Below the pieces are notes generated by a model. It saw only the letters and a list, made by a program, of their open reading frames with translations. It did not search any database and had not been told where the DNA came from. The translations under genes and the position numbers were made by a program. A stretch of DNA of 50,715 nucleotides, filler included, from Catajapyx aquilonaris (lineage: Eukaryota), in NCBI GenBank assembly GCA_000934665.2. It is 2 parts of 2 records of this genome, joined end to end, with 100 filler letters (N's around TTAATTAATTAA, not from the genome) between each part and the next. Parts side by side here need not be neighbours in the genome. Positions count along the whole stretch, not along the records: positions 1 to 25,314 come from JYFJ02005402.1; 1 more part is not named here. The stretch is one strand, 5' to 3'. Positions 11,901 to 22,597 of the stretch are shown here, one piece after another (the stretch's first letter is position 1; each line of letters starts with the position of its first letter).

Positions 11901-14900
11901 TCTCGAAGGGTCTTCCAGACGACGCTCTTGCCCGAACCGGACCCGCCGACGAGCATGACCGAGTGCCTCGAGTTCTTGGTCTCGTACAGCTGGATCACCT
12001 TGTCCAAGGTGATCTGCTTCACCTGCAAGTTAGATCCCCTCAGCTCGTCCTCGACCACGTTCAGCAGCACCGAGTAGTCGATGGCCGGCATCTCCACTCC
12101 CGGGAACAGGTCCCCGGCTATCCCGTAGAATAAGGCCAGGTCGTCGGTGGTCAGTCGGGCCGCGTTCATGTCCTTCATGGCCAGGAGAAGCACTTCCTCG
12201 GAGCTCATCCCTTGGTTCTCGCGCTTCTTCTTCCCGGCGTACCTGAGCATGGCCACCATGCTCCTGAGCCCGAAGTCGTAGTGGTCCTGCTTGCTCAGCT
12301 GCTGTATGGCCAGGGAGTACAAGGTGAACACCTTCCTGGCCAGCACCCGGGTGTCGCTGTACCCCTCTCCGAACAGGATGATCTCGGATATCATGGCCGA
12401 ATCCGGCACCACCATTGCGATGGGCCTGAACATCGACTTGAGGTTGTCGGGAAGCTCGGTCCTCCCTGCGTAGCCGGGGTTCATGGTGATGAACACCCCG
12501 CAGGTGGGGACCAGCTGGATCTCCCATCCTTCGAAGGAGAACCGCGTGTATTTGGCGGACAGCGCGGACAGGATGGACAGGATCTGCTGGGCCACCACGG
12601 ACAGCACCTCGATGTTGATGCGGTTGAACTCGTCGAAGCAGCCCCAAGCTCCGGTCTGGGCCAAGCCTAATATACGAGAGGTATCAATAATTTCAAAATC
12701 ACTTTCCATATCAAACGTACATACCTGAGAACATTCTCCCCATGCTCTTGTAGTCCAGGCCCTCCGAGCAGTTGACCACAATCACGTACTCTCCCAGCCC
12801 TTTCCCCAGATCCTTGACCGTCTCCGTCTTTCCCGTGCCGGCTGGGCCTTTGGGGCTTCCTCCTCGATGCAGATGCAGGGCGGTGGTCAGCGTCACGTAG
12901 CACCTGTCCGTCAGCGGTGTGATGACGAGGCGCCCGGAGTTCCCTAGGTACTCGTACCTGTAGAGGAACCGGGTGTTGGTCTGCCTGGCCACGCAGTCGT
13001 CCACGTCCTTCTCCCAGTAGAACCTGAGCTGCGAGAGCCACTCGAAGGCGCTGATGTCCCTGGTGCCCACCTTGGCCATCTTGTCCACCACGTCCCGGGC
13101 GTGGATCTCTATGGTGACCAGCGCCACGATCTTGAGCCGCTGCATCTTGGGCAGGTTGCCCCGGATGGCCTCGGAGAACTTGCCCAGCATCAGGTTCTGC
13201 TTCTTCTTCAGGATCTTCAGCGGCTTCTTCCCTCCCTCCCTGGCCTGCAGCAACGCCCTGGTGCAATCGGAGGTCCACTGCATCTGGCTCGAGGTGATGC
13301 AGAGCTGGCCGGCCCAATCCTTCAGCCACTTGTCTCGCCTCATCAGGCTCTTCTTCAGGGCGGCCTTGCAGTTCCTCAGGAGGTCCTTCATACAAAGCCG
13401 CATGGCCGACTCTGAATGAATAAAGGAAGGTGCGTTTCTCATGACAATATTGGCAAATCACGCGAGCGTAGACTGGCCAATTTACCAATTTCTCCGAGCC
13501 ATCCCTCAACCGGTCCGTCCAGGACGACACCACGAATGAATTCCACATACTCCCCGTCCGCCGAGAACATTCCGCAGGCCTCCGTCTGTTTGTGCGCCAC
13601 TGCCGACTGCCATAAATAAAGGCACAAAATGTTGAGTACCGCAATTATTTTGCAGGCGAGATGCTCACCTTTGCCATCTTGACCTTGTTGATGTTGTCGA
13701 ACAGCTTCTTGAGGTGAGGCTGCACCGCCTCCGGATTCCTGGACTGGCCCAGGATCTCCAGGAGGTCGTCGTTGGAGATGAAGTAGAAGCGCGGGAACAG
13801 CTGCCTCTTGGTCTCCAGGTACCGCTCCAGGGACCGCTGGATCTCCTCCAGAAGGGCGTTGTCCGCGTTCAGCCTCTGGAGAAGCCCTTCCTGGTGGGTG
13901 CCTCTCAGGGCGTTGTTGTCCTTCACCAGGGTGGTCATGGTCTCCTTCCAAGACCTGTCCAGGGCGTCGAAGTTGGCCGACTCCAACGGCAGCTGCTTCC
14001 GGATGTCCTCGCCCATGAATATGTTCTGCAATCGGATGGGGGTGAATTTTTAGAAAAATAATTGGTGTCAGATGCTCACCTCAAGGTACATCCACTGCCT
14101 CTGGACTGTCAGGATCATCTCCACAGTCTCGAGGATGTGCGACAGCGTCCTCTCCCAGTAGTCCACGTCCTTCTCGAAGGCCTTCACGAACCGGGAGGCC
14201 TTCATGGTGGCCAGAGCCACTTGGTGCTCCTCCAAGGTCTGGAACACGTCGTCCACCGTCTTCAACCGGTGGTGACCTTTGTCCTTGTGCGGGATCACGT
14301 CCAGGGTGATGCTCTGCCACGCTATGTTGATATTCCTCAGGGCCTGGCGTTTCAAACGGGAATTACGAACGAGTGTTTTTCAACCCCCCAAAAATAATGG
14401 CAGCCGTTACGTTTTCAATCTGGAGCTCTTTGGTGGCTGCGCTGGATATCTCCATGATCTCATCTGCGTACTGGTCCACGCCGTACGCAGTGATGATCTC
14501 CATGGTGAACTCGTCCGAATCAGGCTCAATTTCCCTGCGACACGAATTGGAATAAAATACTATAGTAAACCCGTGGCCAAAATTTAGGTCGGACAAACAT
14601 CCGAAGCGGATTGCCCATACTTCGAGAGGAGCTTCTCGACTCCTTTCCAGTGCCTCTCCCTCATCGCGTGGTTCTTGAGGTCGGTTATGAGCGGAAGGGT
14701 CCTCTTGAACTTGTCCAGCGTGGCCTTGCTGACGTCCAGGATCTCCCAGTTCCGGTCCCGAAGGTCCTTTGAGAGCTGGTTCAGCTTCTTGAAGATGGAG
14801 GAGGCCTTCATGTCCATCTCCTCGATCCTCAGGTTCCTGAAGGCCGCCACCTTGTAGATCTCCCACGTCTCCTCCCAGTCGTGCGTCAGCTTCCAGACCG

Positions 14901-17900
14901 TCTCCAGGCTGTCCAGATCCTGCTCCAGCTTCACCAGGGAGGCTATCGGCGTGATGTCCACGTCGAAGGTGCGCAGCCCTGCCTTCAGGTCCTCCTCGCT
15001 CTTCTTCAGGTTCTGAAGCTGATTTCTGTAGTCAGACAGCTGCTCCAGTGCGGCTGCGATAAGAACAAGAGATGAATCACTTAAGAGACGCACAAGGAAG
15101 CTACAAATTTTCTGTTATCATAACCGTGAGCAATAAACTTCAATAAATGCTTTTTTCCTGATCAGCGTTTGCTTACAGACGCATTTGACGTATCCGGCGA
15201 AAGGCCCGTTCTGCTGGAAGTCGTTCAGAAGCTCCTGGGACAGCTTCTTCAGGTCCTCCAGCGAGGCGTACAGCTCGGACTTGAACTTCTCCCTGGACTT
15301 CTTCAGCATGTCTTCCATGCTCTGGAGGTCCTCGCTGTAGGAGAGCCACCGGGTAGGGACTTCCTTCAGCATCTCCGCCACGTTGGGAGGAATGTGCTTG
15401 TCGTACTTATCTGCGGAATCGTTTAGAAGAGCGTGAAATGCTTTCACGGGAGGGACATACGCGCTTGTCATACCCAGAATCCGGAACTCTTCTTGTATGA
15501 TCGGAAAGATCAGTTCCTTCGAGGGCACTTCGCTGACTAGCTGCTTGTATGTGACCACGCATTTCACGTACTCGTCCAGAGTTGTCGGGATGGTGCATGA
15601 CCTGCGCACATGACATGTTGGTTCAATTTGCACTCGTATACTTTTCCTGTTACCTTACTTTGTGGTGCTGTCGGTGATGTAGTTGCTCATCTGCTTCAGG
15701 CGTTCAGTGGCCATCTTCACCAGGAGGAGGGTGATCCTCTCCTGCCAGGCGTGGCAGTGGCCTATGATGGCGAACTTCAGCGAGGAGCAGTCCAGCATGA
15801 AGAACTGGACGATGAGCTGCGATTCCCTGGCCTGGACTGCGTTGACGATCTCCGCATATCTGAAAAGGCCGCATATGAAACGCGCGCTGGAAATGAAAGT
15901 AGCGCGCTTACTTTGCAATGTCCGCGTCGAATACGTCCGGCGTGAGGTTCTTCTTCTGGTACTCCCGCATGAACGACTCCTTGTTGATCTCCCATATCTC
16001 CCTGAACGGCTCCCACGCCTTGACGTAGTTGACCAGGTACTTCATGCAGTGGGTGACCCCAGTGTTGATGTTGACCTGGATCTTGACCGCGTCCTTGTCT
16101 CGTATCAGTGCGTCCGCGTAGGTCAGGTCTCCGGTCCCCGACTTGGCCATCAGCTCCTGGAGACGCGGGACTTTGGTCATCGCCTCGCACAGGACCCGGA
16201 TGCAGTTGCCTAACATGCTGGCCAAGTGCTGCACCGGCGGACTGAACTCGATCTGCGTGGGTCACATTTTTTTAAAAAAATTAATCAAAATTCCAGGACA
16301 GTAAGGCGCTTACCCTTCCGTTCAGCAGCAGGACTTTGAGCTTGTAGATCTGCTTGGGCGGATGCTTGGCGTCTCCGTTGATGGCTTTGCTCAGCTGGAG
16401 CATGGAGGTGCGCAGGTTGTGCTTCAACGCCTCCTCCAGTATGGTGTCGATGTTGTGCACAAACGCTCTCCAGTGGTTGCGGACCTGCAATTTGCGCAAT
16501 CAGCTGCAGAGAGTGACTGCCCCAGTTGAAAAATTATTACTCACTTCCTTCCCGTCGTTCTTGAAGATCTCGTGGATGCTCCTGAGCACGTTTGTGATGT
16601 CGGATATCTTCTGGTTGATGGCCTGAACCGCCTGCGTCCTCCTGGTCCACTGGTCCGCCTCGTACTGGTCACCTTCGTACACCTTCTTCGGATCCAGGTA
16701 GAGAAGCAGCTCCTCCGACACGGCCAGGCAGTGAGAAGCGACGTTGGCCGTCCCCTTCTTATACTCCTGCACCACGTTGTGCAGCCTGGAAGCCATGTAC
16801 CGGCAGTCGCGAACGAAGTCGAAGCACACGCCTCCTCTGGCCCATATGTAGGTGACGAGCCCAGGCTGAATCCTTCGATCCAGGACCCGGATCCTCTCCC
16901 GGAAGAGCTGCCGCTCCTCGTGGGACAGCGAGGCCAGGATCCTGTTGTAGTCGAGGGTTATCGTCATCACGCTCTGCCTCAGGATCCGGAGGCTGTCGTA
17001 CTTGGTGTACAGCTCCATCACGTGGCTGGGTATCTCGTATCCCAGGTGCTCCCAGTAGATCACCTCCTGGAAGAGCTTCAGGAGTCCGCGGTCGAAGTTG
17101 TTCTCCAGCATCCCTGGTCTGCATCGGGGAAAATCGGATTGTAACGGTGTCTGAGCAAAATACTATTCGGAGACTTGCCTGATGGTGCTCCTGGCCAGTA
17201 GAGGAATGTCGAGCCTCTTCCCCGGGTCCTTCTCCAGCTTGTCCCTCCACTCGACGTACAGCCTGTAGATGTAGTCGTTCAGAGCCTTGACCGTCTTCTG
17301 GTGCGACTCCAGCACCTCCACGCCGACGCCGCTCTTGGGGAGCCACAGCTTCGACGCCTGGATCAGGTAGTCCGCCTGCCTGTTCACCCTGTCCCTCAGA
17401 GCCTCCGCCCACAGCGCCTTCCCGGCGTTCTTCGGATGGAAAGGCTGCTCCATCCAGGCCTTCTGGGACAGCTCCCTCTGGACCATGGTCTCGTCCGCGT
17501 CCAGAAGCGACCAGGCGTTGACCGCCATCTTGTCCAGGACCCGCGCCACCGAGTCGCGACGGTACAGGTAGTGGAAGCACTCCAGGAGGTCCACCACGTC
17601 CGGAACAGTGGTCACCTTGTCAAACGCGGACTGGATTATGTTCTGCAGCATCAGCTCCATGTTCTTCGCCACAGCACGAAGCCTGATTTATTTATTTTTT
17701 AAATAAAACAATTAGAGAGCGTTGTTGACACACGTGCTGCCGACACTCACCGGTTGTAGTACTCATTCCAAGACGAAGCCTGAACGTCCAGGATGAGCGC
17801 CTTGACAGCCAGAAGCTCCCTCAGCTTCCTGTCAAAAGAGACGGCCACGTCTATCATGGCTCTGGCCACTTCAGGTCCTCGACGACCGCCGAACCGAGGG

Positions 17901-20182
17901 AACGTCTTGCGAACCCCGTCTTCGTATCTAGAAGAAGCAAAATCCAAAGCGAGTGGCTTGCGAGCGTTTTTCTTAGTGTCAGATTATAAAGCTATCTAGG
18001 TTGAATATTATTCAGGATAGCGCCGCACCGTCCAAACTGCCACTGGAAGTCGCATATGTTGAGGAGGTCCTTGCACCGCTGCATGAACGAGTCGATCTGC
18101 GTGAAGATGACGGAGGTGTCCAGCACCCAGGGAAAACCCGAGCAGAAGTTGTGCACGCGGGCCCAGTACTTGAAGTCGTCCTTCCACTTCTGGCAGCACT
18201 TCATGCTGTGCTCCAGGCTCTTCCGGCCGGTGTTCACGTGTCCGGTCAGAAGCTGGTCCAGGAAGATGGTGGACGAGCACAGCTTGATTATTTCGGTGCT
18301 GAAGCGGCGGAACAGCCCGTTCATCCGCTCTCTGGAAAGGAAAGCCGTCGTTTCAGGCCCCAAATTCGGAATGTGCGGAGAACGTGCGCATCCACCTGGT
18401 GTCGTAGAATGGAGAGTTGGTCCATACCACCCTGATCGTGTTGATAGTTCTGTCGTACACCGTCCAGACCGTCTCGGTGGTCGACGCGGCCAGCAGTTCC
18501 ATCGGAGCCTCCAGCATCTTCAGGAACGACACGTTGGACACCGACTCCGAGTAGCCTCGTTGGATCTGCATGGACACCTTGCTGAACTGGCGTATGTAAG
18601 GCGAGTGGCTCAGCTCCAGGATGTCCTGTATGTGCTTCACTTCGTCCGACTTCAGCTGGCTGCTCAACCCGGAGAGATCGCCGCCTGTTCGCAACAATCA
18701 AAGCAACATTTTACTGATGTCATGGCATCAGGATAATGTACTTACGCCTGGACTCCCAAAACGCAATCTCCTCTATCGGCCCTGGAATCTCCCTCATGTC
18801 CCTCGTCTCGTGGGCGCTTAGGACCTCCTTAATTTGGCGAACCCAGTACACCACAGTTGCTGAAACATGCTCGTATTTAAACCAAACCAAAAAAAATGAC
18901 GATGATTGTGTACAAATATTCCGCACCTTCCAACCTCTGAACAAGCTCCTTGTCCTTCACAGTGTCCTCAGGTGTCATGCTCATCCCTTCCTTGGGGACG
19001 TACAGCACAGTCTGTCCTTTCATGCGGTAGTGAATGTCCGTCAGAATCGCCATGAAGCGATTCAAGTTGGCGCAAAAGTCATTTTTGACGTCTTTGGTTC
19101 GCGAGTCAAGGATACAGTTGCAGTGCGAGATGGGTATAAAAAGCACTATTATAAAAGGATACTGTCTATCAGGATTGGGTTTGTGTAGAACTTGGGCGCG
19201 TACATCTCCCCTAGGAGCATCATCAGGAGGCCTGACCAGCTTCCGCAGAGGGTCCCGACCTGGACGTTCTTCTCGAACTCCTTCATCCTTCCGACGGACT
19301 TCCCCGGCATCTTCACGAAGTAGCAGAACTCGGACGTGTAGGTCAGCGGTATCCCCAGCTGCACCACCAGGTACTTCCCGTCCTCGCAGGCCTCGGGTTC
19401 CACTGAGCCCCACACGTCCAGGGAAGACGAGAAGTCGCTATCAGGAATGATAGCCATGTCGCTTCCCATCACGTTTAACAGCTCGTCTCCTTCTCCGTCG
19501 ACCCTTTCTTTTTCGTCCTCGTTCCCCAGCAGGTTGTACTCGTAGAGGTTGACCGAGGACTTGGAGGCCACCGACTCCAGGTAGACGGTCAGAAGGGTCA
19601 CCTGCTCGTTGCTCAGGAAGGTCTTCATCAAGTTTCGGTGGAGGTTCGTCCACATCGGGCTGTTCGGATCGCATATGAACACCAGGTTGCGCATCCGGAC
19701 CATCTGGAAAAAAGGAACATTTCAATAATAATTAACAACCAATTAAAATAAGTTCGTCAACTATAGACTGGTCCTCCCAAACTTGCCATTGGCTCCACTT
19801 CCCAGTCGTCTTCAACGTTGAGATCCGAGTAGGTGGGACCCAACGTGGAAAGCCTGGCGATCTCTTCATTTTTAGCTGAAATAAATTGGCGTCGCAATTA
19901 ATATGTCTTTGAAACAAGCACATTTTGAAGTAAATAATTTTTTTTTTAAAAAAACGTATTTAATCTCAATGTATCAATTCGATTTACAGTATTTTTTTGT
20001 GACTTACGCCTTTTCCCATGTCAACGCCTCAATAATTAATACTTTCATTTAACTAATTTTGGTATAAACAATTTATGCCGCTTACTTGGATCATACGGAT
20101 CTCCTTTATTCAAATAACTACTGCCCTCGGGTTCAGTATCAGTGAGGCTCTCGAACAAATCCGGACCATCATCTAACTCCAT
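2932..20182 (-). CDS. DNAH2: Axonemal dynein heavy chain 2 (inner-arm dynein f/I1 beta; Drosophila kl-2 type), 32 coding exons, about 4,590 aa
   Basis: Hand-spliced exons, all phases compatible, 13,776 nt including stop: 20182-20086, 19875-19787, 19703-19163, 19091-18927, 18859-18746, 18684-18396, 18331-18029, 17927-17751, 17682-17179, 17118-16545, 16484-16314, 16252-15912, 15859-15659, 15601-15474, 15410-15177, 15053-14621, 14534-14411, 14343-14080, 14025-13669, 13606-13486, 13411-12725, 12666-11639, 11567-11367, 11307-10848, 10781-10022, 9894-9794, 9619-9345, 9279-8782, 8721(or 8739)-8359, 8294-6000, 5444-3909, 3276-2932. P-loops: GPAGTGKT (AAA1), GGSGSGKS (AAA2), GPVGTGKT (AAA3), GLGGSGRRS (AAA4). 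Also WGCFDEFNR, stalk coiled coil, RWPLMIDPQ (AAA5), WVFLANCHL (AAA6). The C-terminus CPTYYFPIRSG..RASFVVAVDL..DHWIKRGTALILSL matches DNAH2 as recalled. The first two exons are less certain. Confidence 0.93.
3407..3551. mobile_element. Small degenerate MITE (imperfect inverted repeats with ATCTGACGTCAC core)
   Basis: AGTCCCGTTACTCGAAAGAATGATCTGACGTCAC is approximately the reverse complement of GTGACGTCAGATGGTTCTTTTTCGTTTACCGGACT. Confidence 0.55.
3556..3889. mobile_element. MITE with perfect ~37-bp TIRs inside the last dynein intron
   Basis: TATTATGCGATTCACGAGTCCTGGCCTGTTAGGCTCC at 3556-3592 and its exact reverse complement ending at 3889; GTAG on both flanks (possible TSD). Confidence 0.85.
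5605..5991. repeat. Tandemly duplicated MITE-like units built from TTTCGCCCCC/GGGGGCGAAA submotifs, in dynein intron 5445-5999
   Basis: Two palindromic units (about 5657-5813 and 5870-5991), each starting GGGT.TCGGACTTTTCGC. The spacer CGGATACCGCTCATAATAAGGCAATGA is repeated at about 5621 and 5806. Confidence 0.75.
17119..17178 (-). other. GC-AG intron of DNAH2
   Basis: Donor ATCAG|GCAAGT, acceptor TGCAG|ACC. An in-frame TAG inside forces splicing. The join gives ARSTIRPGMLENNFD. I saw no GT donor of compatible phase at the junction. Confidence 0.8.
19092..19162 (-). other. U12-type (minor spliceosome) GT-AG intron of DNAH2
   Basis: 5' site GTATCCTTTT; branch site TCCTTGAC at 19112-19105, with branch A 14 nt before the end; no polypyrimidine tract; acceptor CCAAAG. 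The join gives ILIDNVKNDF in frame. Confidence 0.88.
19704..19786 (-). other. Probable GC-AG intron of DNAH2 (intron 2)
   Basis: Donor ATG|GCAAGT (phase 0), acceptor TTTTTTCCAG|ATG; keeps exons 1-3 in frame. It lies in a poorly conserved N-terminal region, and a weak GT donor (GAA|GTGGAG) of the same phase is 12 nt upstream. Confidence 0.6.
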
Positions 20183-20519
20183 TGTTGAGCCTGGAACGAG
20201 AAGGGAAAAGTACAATAAATATTATCTACACTTTTTTTTTGTATGGATGCGACGATTATTATCGACAGTTCTGATTCCACCTACAAATCCGGCTCACCCT
20301 GTAGAGCCGCCGGCTGTACAAATGATTTGATAATTATTGCGATCGCTTATTGCTTTTCATGTAGCGTGTGCACTTTTAGCCATGAGTTACATGCAAATTG
20401 CAATGATGTCAGACTCACCTTGTGCAGTTTCTGATTATCGCAAAACTCCTCACGGCACAGCCAGCAGGACAAGCCGATAAAAAATTCTCAGCTCTTCCTG
20501 CAGTCAACAGTTGGAAGCG

Positions 20520-20533
20520 GTATCCCTAGAAAC
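20520..20533. promoter_or_regulatory. RFX X-box-like motif in the DNAH2 / THEG-like intergenic region
   Basis: GTATCCCTAGAAAC resembles the X-box consensus GTTNCCATGGNAAC. It lies about 100 nt upstream of a 5'-UTR splice donor (AAG|GTGAGT at 20418, - strand). Confidence 0.6.
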
Positions 20534-20569
20534 GGAATTATTGATTTCTCCGCAAGAGAGGCCAGGCGG

Positions 20570-20580
20570 TGTAAACAAAC
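20570..20580. promoter_or_regulatory. Forkhead (FOXJ1/Fd3F-type) motif
   Basis: TGTAAACAAAC, 36 nt from the X-box, between two cilia/flagella genes. Confidence 0.5.
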
Positions 20581-20831
20581 TGCTCAATATTGACGTTAAG
20601 AGTGGGTCATACATCCAGTTCAATTACACTAATTACAACCGGTTGTACATACACAAAACATATACTATTTATGTACTGTAAGTCTCATTAATTTTTCATT
20701 GTCATTAATGGCAACATCTGGTTGCTAAGCATTAGCGTACTTTGCATATCGAAATTCCAGTCTTAAAATTCGCACCATAATATTCCAGTGCTGATAATTT
20801 GGCAAAATTTGAAGTGAGACGACAGCCAGCC

Positions 20832-21902
20832 ATGGTGATGAAAAAGATTCGCCCTAAGCGGTGGACCAGGTATGACAAGAAGAGGGATCTCGGCATGGCG
20901 GAGCCGCCTGGCCTGGTACCCTTCAGTGGTGGAGCTCCCCCACGCCCCAAAACCAGGTTACAGGTGCTGGCAACTCCAAGAGAATACCCGTGGGCCCACG
21001 ACATGCCAAGAGATGCTGAGTGGAAGGTGCCTCTTACCGCACTGAACATGGAAGCATCGAGGAGGCTGTGTCAACTGGCCGAACCCAAACGTGCGTTTGT
21101 GCCCCAATCGCATAAGGTGGTTATGGTGAGGAAAAACCCGAAGAAGATCCCATTTGCAAACTCGCACGTCAAATACCTTGCCATGCCCAAGAGAGGATAC
21201 AGCGAGAGCAAGAAGGCTCAGAAGATGATGCATTGCACTCCGGATGAGATGCTGAGTTTTCCTGCCAAGCCGCCGAAAATGGAGCTGCGGTTGGACCGAC
21301 GGCTGTACACGCCGCTGAAGCCTGCTCCAGCATTCCTGGCAGTGTCGCCAGCCATGGCCAAGAGCCTGCCCAAGACTCTGCTGATCTACGAGATGGTCTG
21401 GCTCACCCCGTACTTGAAGCTGCCTCGGTTCGCCAAGAGCATGGATCCACCTCCCACGGACATGTACCAGTGCAGCGAGAGGACCCTCAATCTGGCCAGG
21501 CCTAAGCCGAATCTCTACCAACCGGATCTGAAGCTACCACGTCCGGTGCCCAAAAGCGCCTTGACTGCCGTTGCAACTCCCAGGACCGAAGCACTAGCCC
21601 TTCCTAGGTGGCCTTCAACTCCCATGAACAAGAGGAGTCAATTCTGGAAGGACAGGGAACCCGTGGTTTATCCGTCTACCAGTTATCCCGCTCCTGCTGT
21701 GGAGGTAGACAACGCATCACTGGAAACCCCCAGCACTTCTCCTGAGAGTCCTTCTTCTGAGGAGAGTTCTTCGAAGAGTCAATCTCCTGCAAACAGCCCT
21801 CCGGAGAGTCCTTCTGCGCCGAGTTCTCCGAAGAGTCCTTCTTCTGAGAAGAGTCCTACGACGAGTCCACCTCCTGCCAACAGCCCTCCGACGAGTCCTT
21901 AG
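20832..21902 (+). CDS. Testicular haploid expressed gene (THEG/SPMAP2)-like repeat protein, intronless, with Ser/Pro-rich tail
   Basis: ATG in good Kozak context (GCCATGG) at 20832. Several THEG-type repeats: RLQVLATPR, SRRLCQLAEPKR, HVKYLAMPKR, CSERTLNLARPK, VPKSALTAVATPRTEALALPR, WKVPLTALNMEAS. AATAAA at 22000 and 22009. Confidence 0.78.
   Translation: MVMKKIRPKRWTRYDKKRDLGMAEPPGLVPFSGGAPPRPKTRLQVLATPREYPWAHDMPRDAEWKVPLTALNMEASRRLCQLAEPKRAFVPQSHKVVMVRKNPKKIPFANSHVKYLAMPKRGYSESKKAQKMMHCTPDEMLSFPAKPPKMELRLDRRLYTPLKPAPAFLAVSPAMAKSLPKTLLIYEMVWLTPYLKLPRFAKSMDPPPTDMYQCSERTLNLARPKPNLYQPDLKLPRPVPKSALTAVATPRTEALALPRWPSTPMNKRSQFWKDREPVVYPSTSYPAPAVEVDNASLETPSTSPESPSSEESSSKSQSPANSPPESPSAPSSPKSPSSEKSPTTSPPPANSPPTSP
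21735..21900 (+). repeat. Coding minisatellite (GAGTCCTTCT-like units) encoding the SP/ESP-rich tail
   Basis: Recurrent GAGAGTCCTTCT / AAGAGTCCT / ACGAGTCC and duplicated CCTGC.AACAGCCCTCCG. Confidence 0.7.
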
Positions 21903-22464
21903 CCTTCCACGTAAGCTTCTCGTCTACGCAGCCGTCTTCTCCGTAAAGTGCAGCGCTCTGTCCAGAAATGATCAACATTTGTTACCTGAAAATTGTGTCA
22001 ATAAAGGGAATAAAAATTCATCGTGGCCTCATCAATATTATTCCCAGGCTGACGTCATCGTCACATAACAACATGAGTAAACACTGTCAACAAAAAGAAC
22101 ATTGTTTACTATTGTCAGTTGTTATCTTCTGCGCGAGTAAATGGCATTTAGTTTAAATTTTTGAGCCAATGGCACGTTCAGAAAAATTAATTAGGCACTG
22201 ATGCGTAGCCGAGGCTAAGACTACATTCCAAGAATGGCTCACATCTTGCTCTCCCGAGGGGGACCTGGGCTTATCGGTAGTTATTCTAAAATGATGACAA
22301 CCATCCTTTTGATTTCAAAAAATAAGACATAAGGTATATAACCATCTGACTTGATCCGAATGAGGTGTTCGAACCCGGGCACATTTTGGCCCCAACCACG
22401 TGTCTATACGTGTGAGCAGTATTTTTCTGATCCTACTATATTTGCTAAAAAATATTGTAGAAAC

Positions 22465-22597
22465 TAACGTACGAAAAATGAGAGACCGATCTGACGTCAT
22501 GGCAGAACAATACGAGTAAACAAGTGTCACAACTGAAGAGCAACAATGAAAAGAAACGCTGACTGTCAGATCGCTCGCTTGTTTTCCCAGTACGTTA
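22465..22597. mobile_element. Small degenerate MITE related to the 3407-3551 element
   Basis: TAACGTAC...GATCTGACGTCA versus TGACTGTCAGATC...GTACGTTA inverted repeats. Confidence 0.45.

Noticed and set aside
2876..19725. Many long alternative-frame and antisense ORFs over the dynein gene (e.g. 5779-8337 -, 4209-5462 +, 5922-6983 +)
   Set aside because: Shadow ORFs expected from very GC3-rich codon usage; low-complexity translations with no recognisable motifs
20008..20019. ATG GGA AAA GGC|GTAAGT as a possible first dynein exon
   Set aside because: Its phase 0 does not fit the protein-like frame of the next exon, whereas 20182-20086 (phase 1) does
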